The notes: generated by a model not told the origin, from the sequence alone. 64,000 nt of DNA from Alphaproteobacteria bacterium (GCA_965205265.1 CBDBGH010000003.1:4832001-4896000), one strand, 5' to 3'. Positions 8,344-19,274 are shown, numbered from the stretch's first letter. Program-made: numbers and translations.

Positions 8344-11164
8344 ATGGAATGGTTCAACGGGGACCTCGCGGTCCTGCTGGCTATCAACGCAGTCATCCTG
8401 ATGGCGGTGCTGTTCGCCGTGAGGTGGCTGTCCGGTGTGTCTCTCGGCAAGGGAACGGTGGCCGAGCTGGCACAGAAGGACAATGTGGCCTTCGGCATCT
8501 TCCTTGCCGCCTCGGTGCTGGCCATGGGCATCATGCTGAGCGGCGTGGCGGGCGGAGGCTTCGCCTCGACGCCCGGCGAGGAAGCGGCGGTGGTGGCCTC
8601 CTATGTGGCGGCGGGTCTGGCGATGATGGGGCTTACCCGGTTCATCTTCGACCGGGTGGCGCTTTCGAACGTGTCGATCGGGTCCGAGGTGATCGGCGGG
8701 AACCGGGCGGTCGCCATTGTCGACGGCGGCAACCTCGTGGCCACTGCCGTGATGGTGCGGGCTGTCATGGACTGGACCGGGGGCTCGCTGGTCGCCGGGC
8801 TGATCGGACTGGCCGTCGGCTATGTCGGGATCCAAGTGCTGCTGACGGCGGTGATGTCCTACCGGGTGCACCTGTTCGCCCGGCGCAATGAGGGGAAGTG
8901 CGCCAGGCTAACTGGTGCCAGTGTAGCCGGTGAAAGTCCGGCAGGAAGGAGAAGGTGAGCCACCACTTCCACCCCGAGTCATGGGCCGTCGCTCGCGAGG
9001 GCGGGGGTCAAGCGTTGACAGGGGCGCGTGCGGACAGGGCTATCGAGCACCGAAAGATCCTTAGTCCGGGATGCCGAGACCTTTTCCTCGGTCGAAGGCA
9101 GCATCCGACCCACCGTTATGGCGAGGGGGGTCGGAGTCCCGCGGTGTCCAAGAACCCATGCACGTACGTAAGCACTGCACCGGGACCTGGGAGGTCTCCA
9201 TGCCATCCCGCTGTCGTGGCAGGATCGCAAAGGAAAGGAGTAGTCCGTAACCGATGATGAACGGCATGGAGAAGTCAGACTCGGCCATAGTAGCCGTGAA
9301 GCCGGCGAACAAAGGGGCGTCAGCCTCGGCGGAGCCGGTGGAGCCAAGGGCCGAGCCCAAGGGGAATCCGGAAGGCCAAAGCACGCGCCGGACGCAGAAC
9401 CGGGAAAGCGTGTCACAGGCGGCCGACCGGATACGGCAGTTTGTACAAAGGGAACGCAAGGTGCGTCTCACGACGCTCCTTCACCATGTCACGGTCGATG
9501 CGCTTCGCTGGGCGTTCTTCGAGCTAAAGAAGAACGCGGCGGCGGGCGCGGATGGCATGACGTGGCGGATGTACGGGAAGGAACTGGAAGGCCGCTTGGC
9601 CGACCTGCACGACCGCGTGCATTCGGGAGCGTACCGGGCGACGCCATCGCGACGGGTGAACATCCCGAAGCCGGATGGCGGTACACGACCGCTCGGCGTC
9701 GCGGCCATCGAGGACAAGATCGTCCAGAAGGTCGTGGCGGAGATAATCCTGACGCCGATCTACGAGGCGGAGTTCCTGGGGTTCAGCTACGGGTTCCGGC
9801 CCGGTCGTGGGGCGCACAATGCGCTCGATGCGATCGCGGTCGGCATCGACAAGTTCAAGATCAACTGGGTGGTCGATTGCGACATCCGCAAATTCTTCGA
9901 CACGGTGTCGAGGGACTGGCTGGTCCGGTTCCTTGAACACCGCATCGCGGACAAGCGGGTCATCAGGCTGATCATCAAGTGGCTGAACGCCGGCGTCATG
10001 GAAGATGGAGAGAGGCGGGACGACCTGCGGGGGACCCCGCAGGGATCGGTGATTTCGCCGATCCTGGCGAACGTCTACCTGCATTACGTCCTCGATCTCT
10101 GGTTCCATAAGAAGTGGCGCAGCCACGAGGTCTACGGCGACGCGATCATCGTGCGGTACGCCGACGACTTCGTGGTTGGTTTCCAGCACAAGCAGGACGC
10201 GGAGCGATTTCTGGATGCCCTGAAGGAGCGGTTCGGAAGCTTCGAACTGGAACTGCATCCCGACAAGACCCGGCTCATCGAGTTCGGGCGATTTGCCCCT
10301 AGAAACCGTCGGCGACGAGGGCAGGGCAAACCGGAGACTTTCGACTTTCTGGGCTTCACGCACTACTGCACGGAGACCAGAGGCGGGCGTTTCCAGTTGG
10401 GGCGCAAGCCGGTTGCGGAGCGGATGGCCCGCACACTGAAGCGGATAAAGGAAGCGCTATGCAGCCGAATGCATGACAACGCCGAAGAAACGGCGAGGTG
10501 GCTGGGCAAGGTGCTTGACGGATGGCTGAACTACTTTGCCGTCCCGATGAGCCACCGATACCTGAGCCGCTTCGCCTCGCGCCTGAAGCGGATGTGGATC
10601 GCGATCACGCGCCGCAGATCGCAACGGGACCGCTTCGGCTGGGCACAGGTCGACAAGTTGACGACCAAGTACTGGCCCAAGGTGGAAATCCGGCACCCGT
10701 GGCCGAACCGACGACTTGCCGTCAGCGTGTATGGGAACAGCGCAACCCGAGGGAGGAGCCGGATGCCTTAGCGGGCACGTCCGGATCTGTGCGGGGGGCG
10801 CCGGGCAACCGGCGTCCCTACCGCGATGAGCTTCCGCGAGGCGGTGGCCGACGGCAATACGGCGCTTGCGGTGCGCTTTGCCGGGTTCCTGCTCGGCATG
10901 GCGCTGGCGGCGACGGCGGCTTCCGGCATCCAGGCCTACGACCCGGCCGGGAGTCCCGTGCTCCAGGCCCTGGACTGGACCTTCTATGCCGCGCTCGCGA
11001 TGATCGGCGCAGGAGTCCTGACGTGGGTAGCCGAGAAGGCGGTGCTGCGCGGGATCGACGTCTCGCGGGAGGTCGACCGGGAGCGCAATGTGGGAGTCGG
11101 CCTTGTCGAGGCCGCCATCTATGCCGCGATCGGCCTCATGGCGACGGCCCTGATCGGGAGCTGA
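8344..11164 (+). CDS. DUF350 (YjfL-like) membrane protein split by a group II intron (exons 8344-8897, 10828-11164)
   Basis: Repeated ELAQKDNVAFGI / EVIGGNRAVAI / AVADGNTALAV / EVDRERNVGVGL motifs; splicing restores frame ...NEGK-SFREAV... Confidence 0.85.
8898..10827 (+). mobile_element. Group II intron
   Basis: 5' GTGCG at 8898; domain V GAGCCGGATGC...CACGTCCGGATCTG (~10756-10790); domain VI ending CCCTACCGCGAT at 10827; encodes RT. Confidence 0.95.
9254..10771 (+). CDS. ltrA: Group II intron reverse transcriptase/maturase, no endonuclease domain seen
   Basis: IPKPDGGTRPLG, SYGFRPGRGAHNAL, DIRKFFD, GTPQGSVISPILAN, RYADD, FDFLGFTH, X domain. Confidence 0.95.
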   Translation: MMNGMEKSDSAIVAVKPANKGASASAEPVEPRAEPKGNPEGQSTRRTQNRESVSQAADRIRQFVQRERKVRLTTLLHHVTVDALRWAFFELKKNAAAGADGMTWRMYGKELEGRLADLHDRVHSGAYRATPSRRVNIPKPDGGTRPLGVAAIEDKIVQKVVAEIILTPIYEAEFLGFSYGFRPGRGAHNALDAIAVGIDKFKINWVVDCDIRKFFDTVSRDWLVRFLEHRIADKRVIRLIIKWLNAGVMEDGERRDDLRGTPQGSVISPILANVYLHYVLDLWFHKKWRSHEVYGDAIIVRYADDFVVGFQHKQDAERFLDALKERFGSFELELHPDKTRLIEFGRFAPRNRRRRGQGKPETFDFLGFTHYCTETRGGRFQLGRKPVAERMARTLKRIKEALCSRMHDNAEETARWLGKVLDGWLNYFAVPMSHRYLSRFASRLKRMWIAITRRRSQRDRFGWAQVDKLTTKYWPKVEIRHPWPNRRLAVSVYGNSATRGRSRMP

Positions 11165-11168
11165 CCGG

Positions 11169-12905
11169 GTGGAGGCGGTCCTGTTGGCGGGGCGGACCGG
11201 CGCAAAAAGGCGCTGGGTCGACGACGCCTGGGTGATCGTGATGACCGGCACGCTGGCCGGCTGCGGACTGGTTTACGAGTATCTGCTGGCCAGTGCCGCC
11301 GGCCGGATGCTGGGAGCTATCGAGACGGTCATCTACGCCATGATCGGCGTGATGATCGTCTCGATGGGGGCGGGGGCATTCTGCGCCCGCCTCGTGCGGC
11401 GCCCCTTCACCGGCTTTGCCTGGCTCGAGGGAAGCATCGCCGTGCTCGGCGGGGCCTCCGTGCTCCTGATGGGAGCGATTACGGCCGGGGTGAGCGTGTT
11501 GCCGCAGGCCATCGCGACGGCGTACGGGCTGCCGCCGGATCTGGCGCCGACAGGGGCGGTGGTGGCCGGATTGCAGGGCGCGGCGGAATTCGCGCCCTAT
11601 GTCCTCGGGGCACTGCTGGGATTCCTGGTCGGCATGGAAATCCCGCTTCTGGCCAGGGTTCGCCAGAGCTTCCATGCGGGCACGCTCGAGCATAATACCG
11701 GAACCATCTACGGGGCGGACTATGTCGGGGCCGGCGTGGGGGCCGCGCTGTGGATCGCGGTCATGCTTTCCATGGACCCCGTAGAGGCGGCGTGGATGAC
11801 GGCCGCCGTCAATCTCGGTGTCGGAACCATGTTCCTGCTGCGCTTCCGGACGTGGATGGGACGGGCATTCCCGGCCTTGCTGGGGCTTCACCTGATCGCG
11901 GCGCTCGGGCTCGCCGGCGTGGCCCGGGAGGGACCCGGCTGGGCGCGGGCGATGGAGGACATGCTCTACGCGGACCGTGTCGTGCATGCCTTCAACACCG
12001 AGCACCAGCGCGTGGCGGTTACCCGCCGGGCGGTGCATGCCGAGGCCCCGCCCGTGCATACGCTCTATCTGAACGGACGCCTGCAGTTCTCGTCGGACGA
12101 CGAGTATATCTACCACTCCTTCCTGACCTTCCCGGTACTGGCGGCGGCGCCCCGGCGCGAGCATGTGCTGGTCGTCGGCGGCGGCGACGGTCTCGCCGTG
12201 CGCGATATCCTGCGGTGGGATCCGCAATCGGTGACGCTGCTCGAGCTGGATCCCGAGGTCGTCGGGTTTTTCTCGGAGCCCCGGCTTGTCGGCGACAGGT
12301 TCGTGAACCGGGACCTGCTCGACCTGAACGGGCTGGCGTTCGCGGACCCGCGGGTGGAGGTGCGGTTCGGCGACGCCTACCTGGCGGCCGACGACCTGCT
12401 GCGCGAGGGACGCCGGTTCGATGCCGTGATCGTCGACCTGCCGGATCCGGGGCATCCCGACATCGCCCGCCTCTACAGCGTGCGGTTCTACACGAAGCTG
12501 CGCCTGCTGCTTTCGGCGGACGGGGTTCTGGGCGTGCAGTCAACCTCGCCCTACATGGCGCGGGAGGCCTTTCTGACGATCGGACAGACGGTCCGGGCCG
12601 CGGGCTTTGCCGGGGTGGACCAGTACATGGCGAACGTCCCGAGCATGGGACAGTGGGGCTGGACGGCGGCGGTGCTGGCCGGGCCGTCGGCGCGTGAGCG
12701 CCTGGGGCGCCTGGAAGTCCTGCCGCATGATGACGGTTTCATGACCCGTGGCCTGCTGCTTGGGGCCTTTGCGTTTCCGAAGGGGTTTTTCCGGGACCGC
12801 GAGGCGCTGCGGGCGAGCCGCCTCCATGACCCCTCGGTCTATACGCATTATCGTCGGGCCTGGCGCGAGGTGGCCGGGATCGCCGGTGCTGCCGGGGGAC
12901 GATAG
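11169..12905 (+). CDS. speE: Membrane-fused polyamine aminopropyltransferase (spermidine synthase-like)
   Basis: N-terminal TM region (GCGLVYEYLL), LYLNGRLQFSSDDEYIYH, VLVVGGGDGLAVRDIL, IVDLPDP, LYSVRFY. Confidence 0.9.
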   Translation: MEAVLLAGRTGAKRRWVDDAWVIVMTGTLAGCGLVYEYLLASAAGRMLGAIETVIYAMIGVMIVSMGAGAFCARLVRRPFTGFAWLEGSIAVLGGASVLLMGAITAGVSVLPQAIATAYGLPPDLAPTGAVVAGLQGAAEFAPYVLGALLGFLVGMEIPLLARVRQSFHAGTLEHNTGTIYGADYVGAGVGAALWIAVMLSMDPVEAAWMTAAVNLGVGTMFLLRFRTWMGRAFPALLGLHLIAALGLAGVAREGPGWARAMEDMLYADRVVHAFNTEHQRVAVTRRAVHAEAPPVHTLYLNGRLQFSSDDEYIYHSFLTFPVLAAAPRREHVLVVGGGDGLAVRDILRWDPQSVTLLELDPEVVGFFSEPRLVGDRFVNRDLLDLNGLAFADPRVEVRFGDAYLAADDLLREGRRFDAVIVDLPDPGHPDIARLYSVRFYTKLRLLLSADGVLGVQSTSPYMAREAFLTIGQTVRAAGFAGVDQYMANVPSMGQWGWTAAVLAGPSARERLGRLEVLPHDDGFMTRGLLLGAFAFPKGFFRDREALRASRLHDPSVYTHYRRAWREVAGIAGAAGGR

Positions 12906-13322
12906 GGGAACCGGGACAGGGAGAGTAAGGGGAAGTCGGCCATGGTGGCGTTCGCGTATTTGTCGGCCGCGCTGTTGCTGGCGGCCTTGTTTGCGGTGGC
13001 GCAGAACGATTCCGGTTCGCCGGAAGCGGATTTCGCGACGGCCCTGATGAAATTGACGCCGATTCTGTCGGTAGTCGTGTTTCTGGCCGGGCTGGGCGCG
13101 GCTCGGCTGTGGCGAGAAAAGCTATGGGTGGCATGCGTCGGAATTGGCGGAGGTTCGCTCGTCGCGCTCCTGCTGGTCCTGGCTCCTTGTGCAGCCCCCT
13201 GTGCAACCAGGGACCGATGTGCCCGAACAGTCAGGCGGAGAGCGCAAGAACGAGTGGCGCTGAAGGTCATGAGTGGTGGAAAGTCGCCATCCAACACGCT
13301 TGCAGGGAGAGAGGAAACACGC

Positions 13323-14802
13323 ATGCGCACCACAGGAATTGCCGCCACACTGGCGGCCGCGCTCGGTCTTGCGCTGTACGGCTGCGGCGGGGGCGGCGGT
13401 TCGCCTTCAGGCCCCGGACCGCAGCCGCCGCAGGGCACGGGCAGCGGGCCGACAACCCCGCCCCCCTTGTCGGCGGAACGCCTGCCGTTCCCGTTCGAAC
13501 TGGAGGCGTGCGACGGTTTCGTCGACGCCGACTGCACCTACGATCCGCGGGAGCCGCATTTCCTGATTCGGGACCTGCCGGACGCTGATATTGCCGACGC
13601 CCGGCGAAGCCCCGTCACATATGACTGGGCCCGCATTTTCGTCGGGGTCGACCAAGGCACGGAGCATGTCGCCGCGCTGCCCGTGGCGGCGCAGCGCGGC
13701 GACACCGAGATTCGCTTCGGCGACCTCGGCGACGGCATCGGGGCCGCAAGAGTCGGGGAGTACCTGTCTTATGTCGCCCCGGTGCATCATTCCCGACGTC
13801 CGCAGGGTGCGGGTCATCGGCCCGTCCACGCAGGAGGAGCGCAACCGGGTAGTTGCAGCCGTGCGCATGGTTAATGCGGCCCTCCCGGAAGCCGCGAAAC
13901 TGGATATCGATCCGGCGCTGCCCGGACTCAGCCTGCAGTCCGGGTCGACGGGCCAGTACGGGTCGTACAGTCCCACCGGCAGAGAATTGCCGAACACGAT
14001 CCATATCGAATTTCTCGATGGCGGCAGTCCGGGAGGCGAAGCCGCGTGGACCCTGGATTTCGGCTATGTGACGATCTTCAACCGGGCAGGTCTGCGTGAG
14101 CGTGAAATGGTCCTCATCCTCGTGCATGAGATCATGCACACACGAGGATTCGACGGGCATGTCCCCGACACCTTCCGGTCGAACATGACATCGGTGCTGA
14201 AGCCGGTCCTGCCGGAAGACCGCCCCTGGCCGCCGATGTCCGGGCTCTGGCCGGCTGACCGGGAAGCGCTCAGGGTGCTCTACGGCTCCGACCCGGTGGA
14301 TTTCGGTCCCTGGTCTTCCACGTCGCTTCATATCCACGGCAATGCGCCGCATACAGGCTTCGGGGTGGCGTTTCGGAACGGCTATGCCGAGCCCTGGGCC
14401 TACGGGCGCCGCCCGTCCGGCGGCCTCGAGAGCAATGACGCGCTCGGTGGCAGCGCGACGTGGACCGGCCATCTGGTCGGCTTCACGCCGGACGCCGAAG
14501 CCGTCATGGGCGATGCGGCGCTGACCGTCGATATCGCGGTGCTGACCGGCACGGCGGCCTTCACCGGCCTGGAGCATTGGGACGCCCGGCAGAAGCCCGG
14601 AGAGGCGGGGTCAGGAACCGTATGGGGAGACGGCGACCTGCGCTATGCGATCGAGGCCATCGGGCAGACCTTCCGTGAGACGGGCGCGAGCGAGGACGCC
14701 GGGCGGCTGACGGGAGTGTTTACCGGTCCGGCGCATGAAGGGGCGGCCGGGACCCTGGAGCGGCCCGATCTCACTGCGGCGTTCGGCGCTGCCCGGCAAT
14801 AG
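13323..14802 (+). pseudogene. Surface lipoprotein with HExxH zincin motif and TbpB-like C-terminal barrel; frameshifted near 13790-13805
   Basis: Lipobox LYGC + GGGGGS linker; second frame has VHEIMH and GSATWTG...GRLTGVFTGPAHEGAAGTL...AAFGAARQ. Confidence 0.65.
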
Positions 14803-14994
14803 GCGCTATGCCCATGCTGTAACCGATGACGATCTCTTGAAACCTGCGGCCCGGTGGCAGTGCTTGCCGCCGGGCCTTTTGCGTCGGCGCAAAGCGCCCC
14901 GGCACCACAACGCAAATATCCGGGAATCCCCATTTTTCACGTTTCCGGCGGATTCATGTGAGGGCAGCATCTCTATCATGGTGAGCCTCTGCTG

Positions 14995-16404
14995 TTGCGG
15001 TCGGAGGCCTTCAGCATGTCTTTGGAGGGACTGAGTCGCAGGACTGCCGCGCCGCCTGTCTGGGCGGGACGGTTTCTTGGGCTGTTGGCAGGCGCTATGC
15101 TGTCGGGACGGTTTTCAGGGGAAGGCCGGCCTGATCGATGTTCCGGATATTCCTGGTATCCTGCGGCGCGGGGAGGCTCAAGCGTCTGTGTCCGGAGGAC
15201 CGCGTCGGCGGTCGTCGAACTGGCAAGACGAGGGCCGCGAGGGGCGGCAGGACTGCTCGGGGTGATGCTGCTTTCTCTCGTCGCCCTTATGATTGCTTCA
15301 TCTGTCGTCGTGTTCAAGGAACATAAGCTCGGTTGGGATCGGTACCGCGCGGCGGGACAGATCTGGGGAGAATGGGTGCTGGCGCTTCCGAGGGCGCCCA
15401 ACGCCATTCCCGCGGCGTGGGCCGGGGGAGACACGTCGGCAGTTCAGGCCGATCTTTATGGCGGGATCGCCGATACCCTGCCGGTCTCGGGTCTCGGGGC
15501 CGACACCGGACTTGTTTACGGTATTCCCGTGGCCGATGAGGCAATGCATTTCACCTATGTCGACGTGCCGTCCATTCCCGGCGAGACCTGCCCGCCGCCG
15601 GCGGGTTCCACGTATATCTGCGAACGGGTGGCGGCCGCGATGCTGAGGCCGGAATCGCGGTCCCGGCTGGATGCTGTCCGGCGCGGCGTGGTGGACAGCG
15701 GCCTTTCCACTGTCGCGATTTTCGACGGAACCCTGGGAACGCTGGTGGGGGCGGACGGGATTACCGCGTTCGAGACGGAGATGGCGGGTCGTCTGCCGGC
15801 TTCCTGGGCAGGATTCCGGGACGGAGATCTGGTCGCGGTTGCCCATGTCTCGGTGCCGCGGAATGAGCGGGCGCTGCACCATACGCCACCGCCCGGCCGT
15901 CCGGACCTGGCCAGGATGCGGACCGATCTGGACATGGGAACCCAGGAGCTGGTCGTCGAGGGAGACCGGGTGGAGGCGGTCGGGGCCCGTCTGGGTAATG
16001 TCGGTGTGACGTTCGAGCCGTCGTCATCGTCGACTGCCGACGATCCCGAGGCTGCCGTGAGGGCGGATCTCGTTGTCGCGGGGAGCCTGAGCCTGACGGC
16101 TCCCGGTCTGGCCCGCGCTCATGAAGTCGGGAGGCGGGACGGCATTTTCGTGCCCGGGAACGAGGGACTGCGGATTACCGGAAACGGCACCTTCGCCACT
16201 GCCGAGACCCAGTGCCTTCTGGTGGAAGCCGGCGAGCGTTGTGTGACGACGGGTCATGTCGATGTGCAGAGTATTGAAATAGACCGGGATCTGACGGTGC
16301 TGCAGGAACCGGTGGGGAGTGGAGGATCGGGTGTTCACGCGGGGTCGTTGCACGCAACGACGCTCACGATCACGGGCCGTTGCAATGGCTGCGACAACTG
16401 GTAA
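14995..16404 (+). CDS. PilV-like type IVb minor pilin/adhesin
   Basis: Hydrophobic pilin-like N-segment (GAAGLLGVMLLSLVALM); ARMRTDLDMG resembles the conserved shufflon PilV N-domain end; Cys-rich C-terminus. True start likely downstream. Confidence 0.55.
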   Translation: MRSEAFSMSLEGLSRRTAAPPVWAGRFLGLLAGAMLSGRFSGEGRPDRCSGYSWYPAARGGSSVCVRRTASAVVELARRGPRGAAGLLGVMLLSLVALMIASSVVVFKEHKLGWDRYRAAGQIWGEWVLALPRAPNAIPAAWAGGDTSAVQADLYGGIADTLPVSGLGADTGLVYGIPVADEAMHFTYVDVPSIPGETCPPPAGSTYICERVAAAMLRPESRSRLDAVRRGVVDSGLSTVAIFDGTLGTLVGADGITAFETEMAGRLPASWAGFRDGDLVAVAHVSVPRNERALHHTPPPGRPDLARMRTDLDMGTQELVVEGDRVEAVGARLGNVGVTFEPSSSSTADDPEAAVRADLVVAGSLSLTAPGLARAHEVGRRDGIFVPGNEGLRITGNGTFATAETQCLLVEAGERCVTTGHVDVQSIEIDRDLTVLQEPVGSGGSGVHAGSLHATTLTITGRCNGCDNW

Positions 16405-17530
16405 TTCGGCGAACCGGCGTCTCGGCCAGCGTCTGCGATGCCGGACGCGGCGAGGGTCCGCCCTCCTGGAGACGGCGCTCACCCTAGTGCTTCTGGGCCT
16501 CGCGGCAATGGGTGTCTCGGTCTGGCTCGATGCGGAGCGGACCGAAGGGCGCGCGCGGGATTCCGGGAGGGCGATAGCGGTGTTGGCCAATGCAGCCCGG
16601 CACCATGTGCAGGCCGACTACGAGGGGCTCATCGCCTCGGCGACCCCGGAGACTCTCGACGCCCGCGGGGACTTCACGGACGAGGATATCCTGCCGGAGA
16701 ACTTCGTGTTCTCGGACGGCATGAAGCGGGACCTCAAGGTGCTGGTGCTGCCGTCGTCGAACGGTGTCCGGGTGCTGTCGGGGCAGTTCCCGGACTCAGG
16801 CGACGGACGACCGGCCCATGCCGGCATTACGCAGGGCATGGGAGGGCAGCACATGGGGATTGTCGAGAGCGCGCGCTGTCCGTCGGGAGTGACGGCTCCC
16901 TGCCTGATGGGGCCGGGGGTTGCGGAGAGCCTCTCGGATTTCGACAGCGCCCCGGCGTTTGCCGCATCGAGACCGACCGCCGGGGCGCTGATGGTGCTGT
17001 ACGAGTTCAGCCACGATGACTGGTGCGGCGACTTCCTTCACCGAACCGAAACCGCGATCTGCGCCGATGCGAACAGGATGGAACAGACGGTCACGGTCGC
17101 CGGGGCGATTACGAATGTCTCGGTGATCGAGGGTTTCGGGACTGTCACGCTGCATGGCCCGCTGGCTGTCGGGCGAGAGCTTTCCGTGACGGGAACGGTC
17201 TCGAGCGCAACGGCCCGGATGACAGCGGGCAGCGGCCTGGAGGCGGGTACCGCCACTGTTTCCGGATCGTATGGCGCGGGGGCGCTGAATCGGGCATGCC
17301 TGACCCCGGCGACTCACTCCGCCGTCTGCAGCGACAACAGGGTCATTGTCGACCAGACGGTCCTTGGAGGGACCATCAATGTGGATGGCAGGACGACGGC
17401 CCCGTTGCGGGATGCCGATGCGGACATCGGCGATCTCAATGCCGGCTGTATCCAGGTGGACGGCACGGCCAGCGTCGAGGGCCGGGTCCGGGTCGTCAGG
17501 CAGAACATGGCTGCGAAGGGAAGCTGCTAG
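16385..17530 (+). CDS. PilV-like prepilin-type protein
   Basis: Class III signal RRG-SALLETALTLVLLGL; FLHRT...ANRMEQTV motif; beta-rich C-terminus. Confidence 0.65.
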   Translation: MAATTGNSANRRLGQRLRCRTRRGSALLETALTLVLLGLAAMGVSVWLDAERTEGRARDSGRAIAVLANAARHHVQADYEGLIASATPETLDARGDFTDEDILPENFVFSDGMKRDLKVLVLPSSNGVRVLSGQFPDSGDGRPAHAGITQGMGGQHMGIVESARCPSGVTAPCLMGPGVAESLSDFDSAPAFAASRPTAGALMVLYEFSHDDWCGDFLHRTETAICADANRMEQTVTVAGAITNVSVIEGFGTVTLHGPLAVGRELSVTGTVSSATARMTAGSGLEAGTATVSGSYGAGALNRACLTPATHSAVCSDNRVIVDQTVLGGTINVDGRTTAPLRDADADIGDLNAGCIQVDGTASVEGRVRVVRQNMAAKGSC

Positions 17531-17562
17531 TCCCGCCTGTGCGAAGACGCGACGGGGCCTTA

Positions 17563-18072
17563 CAAAGGTAAGTTGACATTGCCGTGTATCGTATCCAGTT
17601 CGGCCGCATGAGCGAGGTCTTCACGCACCGTCAGGTGGTATTCCGGCTTCTGCCGGGCCGCCGGTCCGTTTGGCGGCGTCTGGAGCGGGTTCTGGAGGCG
17701 CAGCGGCAGTTGTACAACGCCGCCCTTCAGGAACGCTGCGACGCCTGGCGTCTGGCCGGGCGGTCGCTCTCCTATATCGACCAGGCGAAGAGCCTGACGG
17801 TGTGCCGCCGGGAGGACCCCGAGATGGCGGCCGTTCCGGTCGCCGTGCAGCGCGGGACGCTGAAGCGCCTGGACGAGGCGATGAAGGGCTTCTTCCGGCG
17901 GGTGAAGGCGGGCCAGAAGCCGGGTTTTCCCCGGTTCCGGTCCCGCCGGCGGTTCGACAGCCTCTCCTTCGTCTCGGGGGTGAGGCTGGAGGACCGGGCC
18001 CGGCCCGGCGCGGACTGCGGGTCCGGCGCGGCCTGCCTGCGCCTTCCGGGTTTCGGCCCGCTTGCGGTCCGC
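17563..18072 (+). pseudogene. tnpB: Truncated copy of the TnpB element (left end and 5' third of tnpB)
   Basis: 510 bp apparently identical to 23752-24261; preceded by TA; lacks RuvC and right end. Confidence 0.9.
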
Positions 18073-18077
18073 AGTGA

Positions 18078-19205
18078 ATGATCGTGAAGACCGGCAGAAG
18101 TCCATGCGAGACGGCGGCGGCCGGCCTGGTCGGGCTGGCAATGCTGGTTGCCGGGCCCGCCGGGGCCGGGAACGCGCCGGAGGCCGTGGACTGGCCTCCG
18201 CGCCCGATGAACTATACCTCGCACAGCGAGGCATTCCTGCGCTCCCTGCTGGCGGGCCGGGTCTGGGTGTTCCGGCAGGGGATCGTGAGGCCGGAATACC
18301 GGTCGGTCGCCGCCTATGTCTTCTTCCCGGACGGGCGGCTGTCGAAATGTCTCGGGAAGAAGACGACAACCGGCGTGGAAGGGTGGCGTCCGGTCCGCGG
18401 GGGCCGTTGGTGGGTGGAGCGTCAGTCGATCGGGACCATGTTCGGCCAGGAAGACCGCTCGACGAAGCCGCGGCCCTATACCACGCCGATGTTCTATTTC
18501 CCGGAGACGGGAGCGCTCAATACCGAGACGAATTCCAGGAAGGTGAACGCGGTGGAGAAGCCGACCTGGGTTGTTCTTGCCCAGGGCTGGGTCCAGGAGG
18601 GCTGGCCAGCGGCGTTCACGGGCCCTTGCGCCGGACTGCCCCTGCCGGAGGGCATGGCTGTCGAGGAGCGCCAGACATCGCTCGACTGGGAGGCCATGCG
18701 CAGACAGGCTCCGGACGCCATTGTCCGGCACTTCCCGGGATCGGAACGCACGTCTCCGGGAAGGACGGGCATCGGCCGCAGCGGCGGCGCCCCGGCAGAT
18801 CCGGAGGATATCGAGAGGTGGCTGACCTCCTTGGAGGGGGCGCCCCTCGAGCATGTGTCCGGGCGGACCGTGACAGTCGGGCCGCGCGTGGACGGTGCGC
18901 GCGCCGTCCATCTCCTTGATGAAGGGGGAGAGGCGTACCGGGAAGGCCGGATGTCGTATCTGGCAAGCGGCGATATCGTGATCGAGGTTCCCGGCGCCCG
19001 ATCTGAGCGGATCCCGGCCGGCTATCCGCTTCCCTTCCTGCCGCTGGCCGATCCGGGTGGACGGCAATCATCGGGGATATCCAACGGACAGACCTCCGGA
19101 TCGGCCAGATGCGTCGGGGATTACCAGGGCGTCGCAACCTGGACGACGAGCGCTGACGGCAAGCGGGTATGGGACATCTCCGGCTGCAGGCCGGTCGCCA
19201 ACTGA
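18078..19205 (+). CDS. Hypothetical secreted protein
   Basis: 375-aa ORF with signal-peptide-like segment and paired Cys. Confidence 0.6.
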   Translation: MIVKTGRSPCETAAAGLVGLAMLVAGPAGAGNAPEAVDWPPRPMNYTSHSEAFLRSLLAGRVWVFRQGIVRPEYRSVAAYVFFPDGRLSKCLGKKTTTGVEGWRPVRGGRWWVERQSIGTMFGQEDRSTKPRPYTTPMFYFPETGALNTETNSRKVNAVEKPTWVVLAQGWVQEGWPAAFTGPCAGLPLPEGMAVEERQTSLDWEAMRRQAPDAIVRHFPGSERTSPGRTGIGRSGGAPADPEDIERWLTSLEGAPLEHVSGRTVTVGPRVDGARAVHLLDEGGEAYREGRMSYLASGDIVIEVPGARSERIPAGYPLPFLPLADPGGRQSSGISNGQTSGSARCVGDYQGVATWTTSADGKRVWDISGCRPVAN

Positions 19206-19274
19206 AAACGTGTCCCGGCCGGACCCGTCGGCAACGACCCTTGGGGTTGTGTCGGAGGGGACCGGGCCGGGGTG

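Noticed and set aside
9254-10771. RT as a retron, DGR or defence RT diversifying the PRP array
   Set aside because: It lies within canonical group II intron ends with domains V/VI; no TR/VR pair with adenine-specific mismatches was noticed.
12942-13322. Hydrophobic in-frame extension upstream of the lipoprotein
   Set aside because: The RBS and lipobox start at 13323 is more plausible; I cannot support the upstream part as coding.
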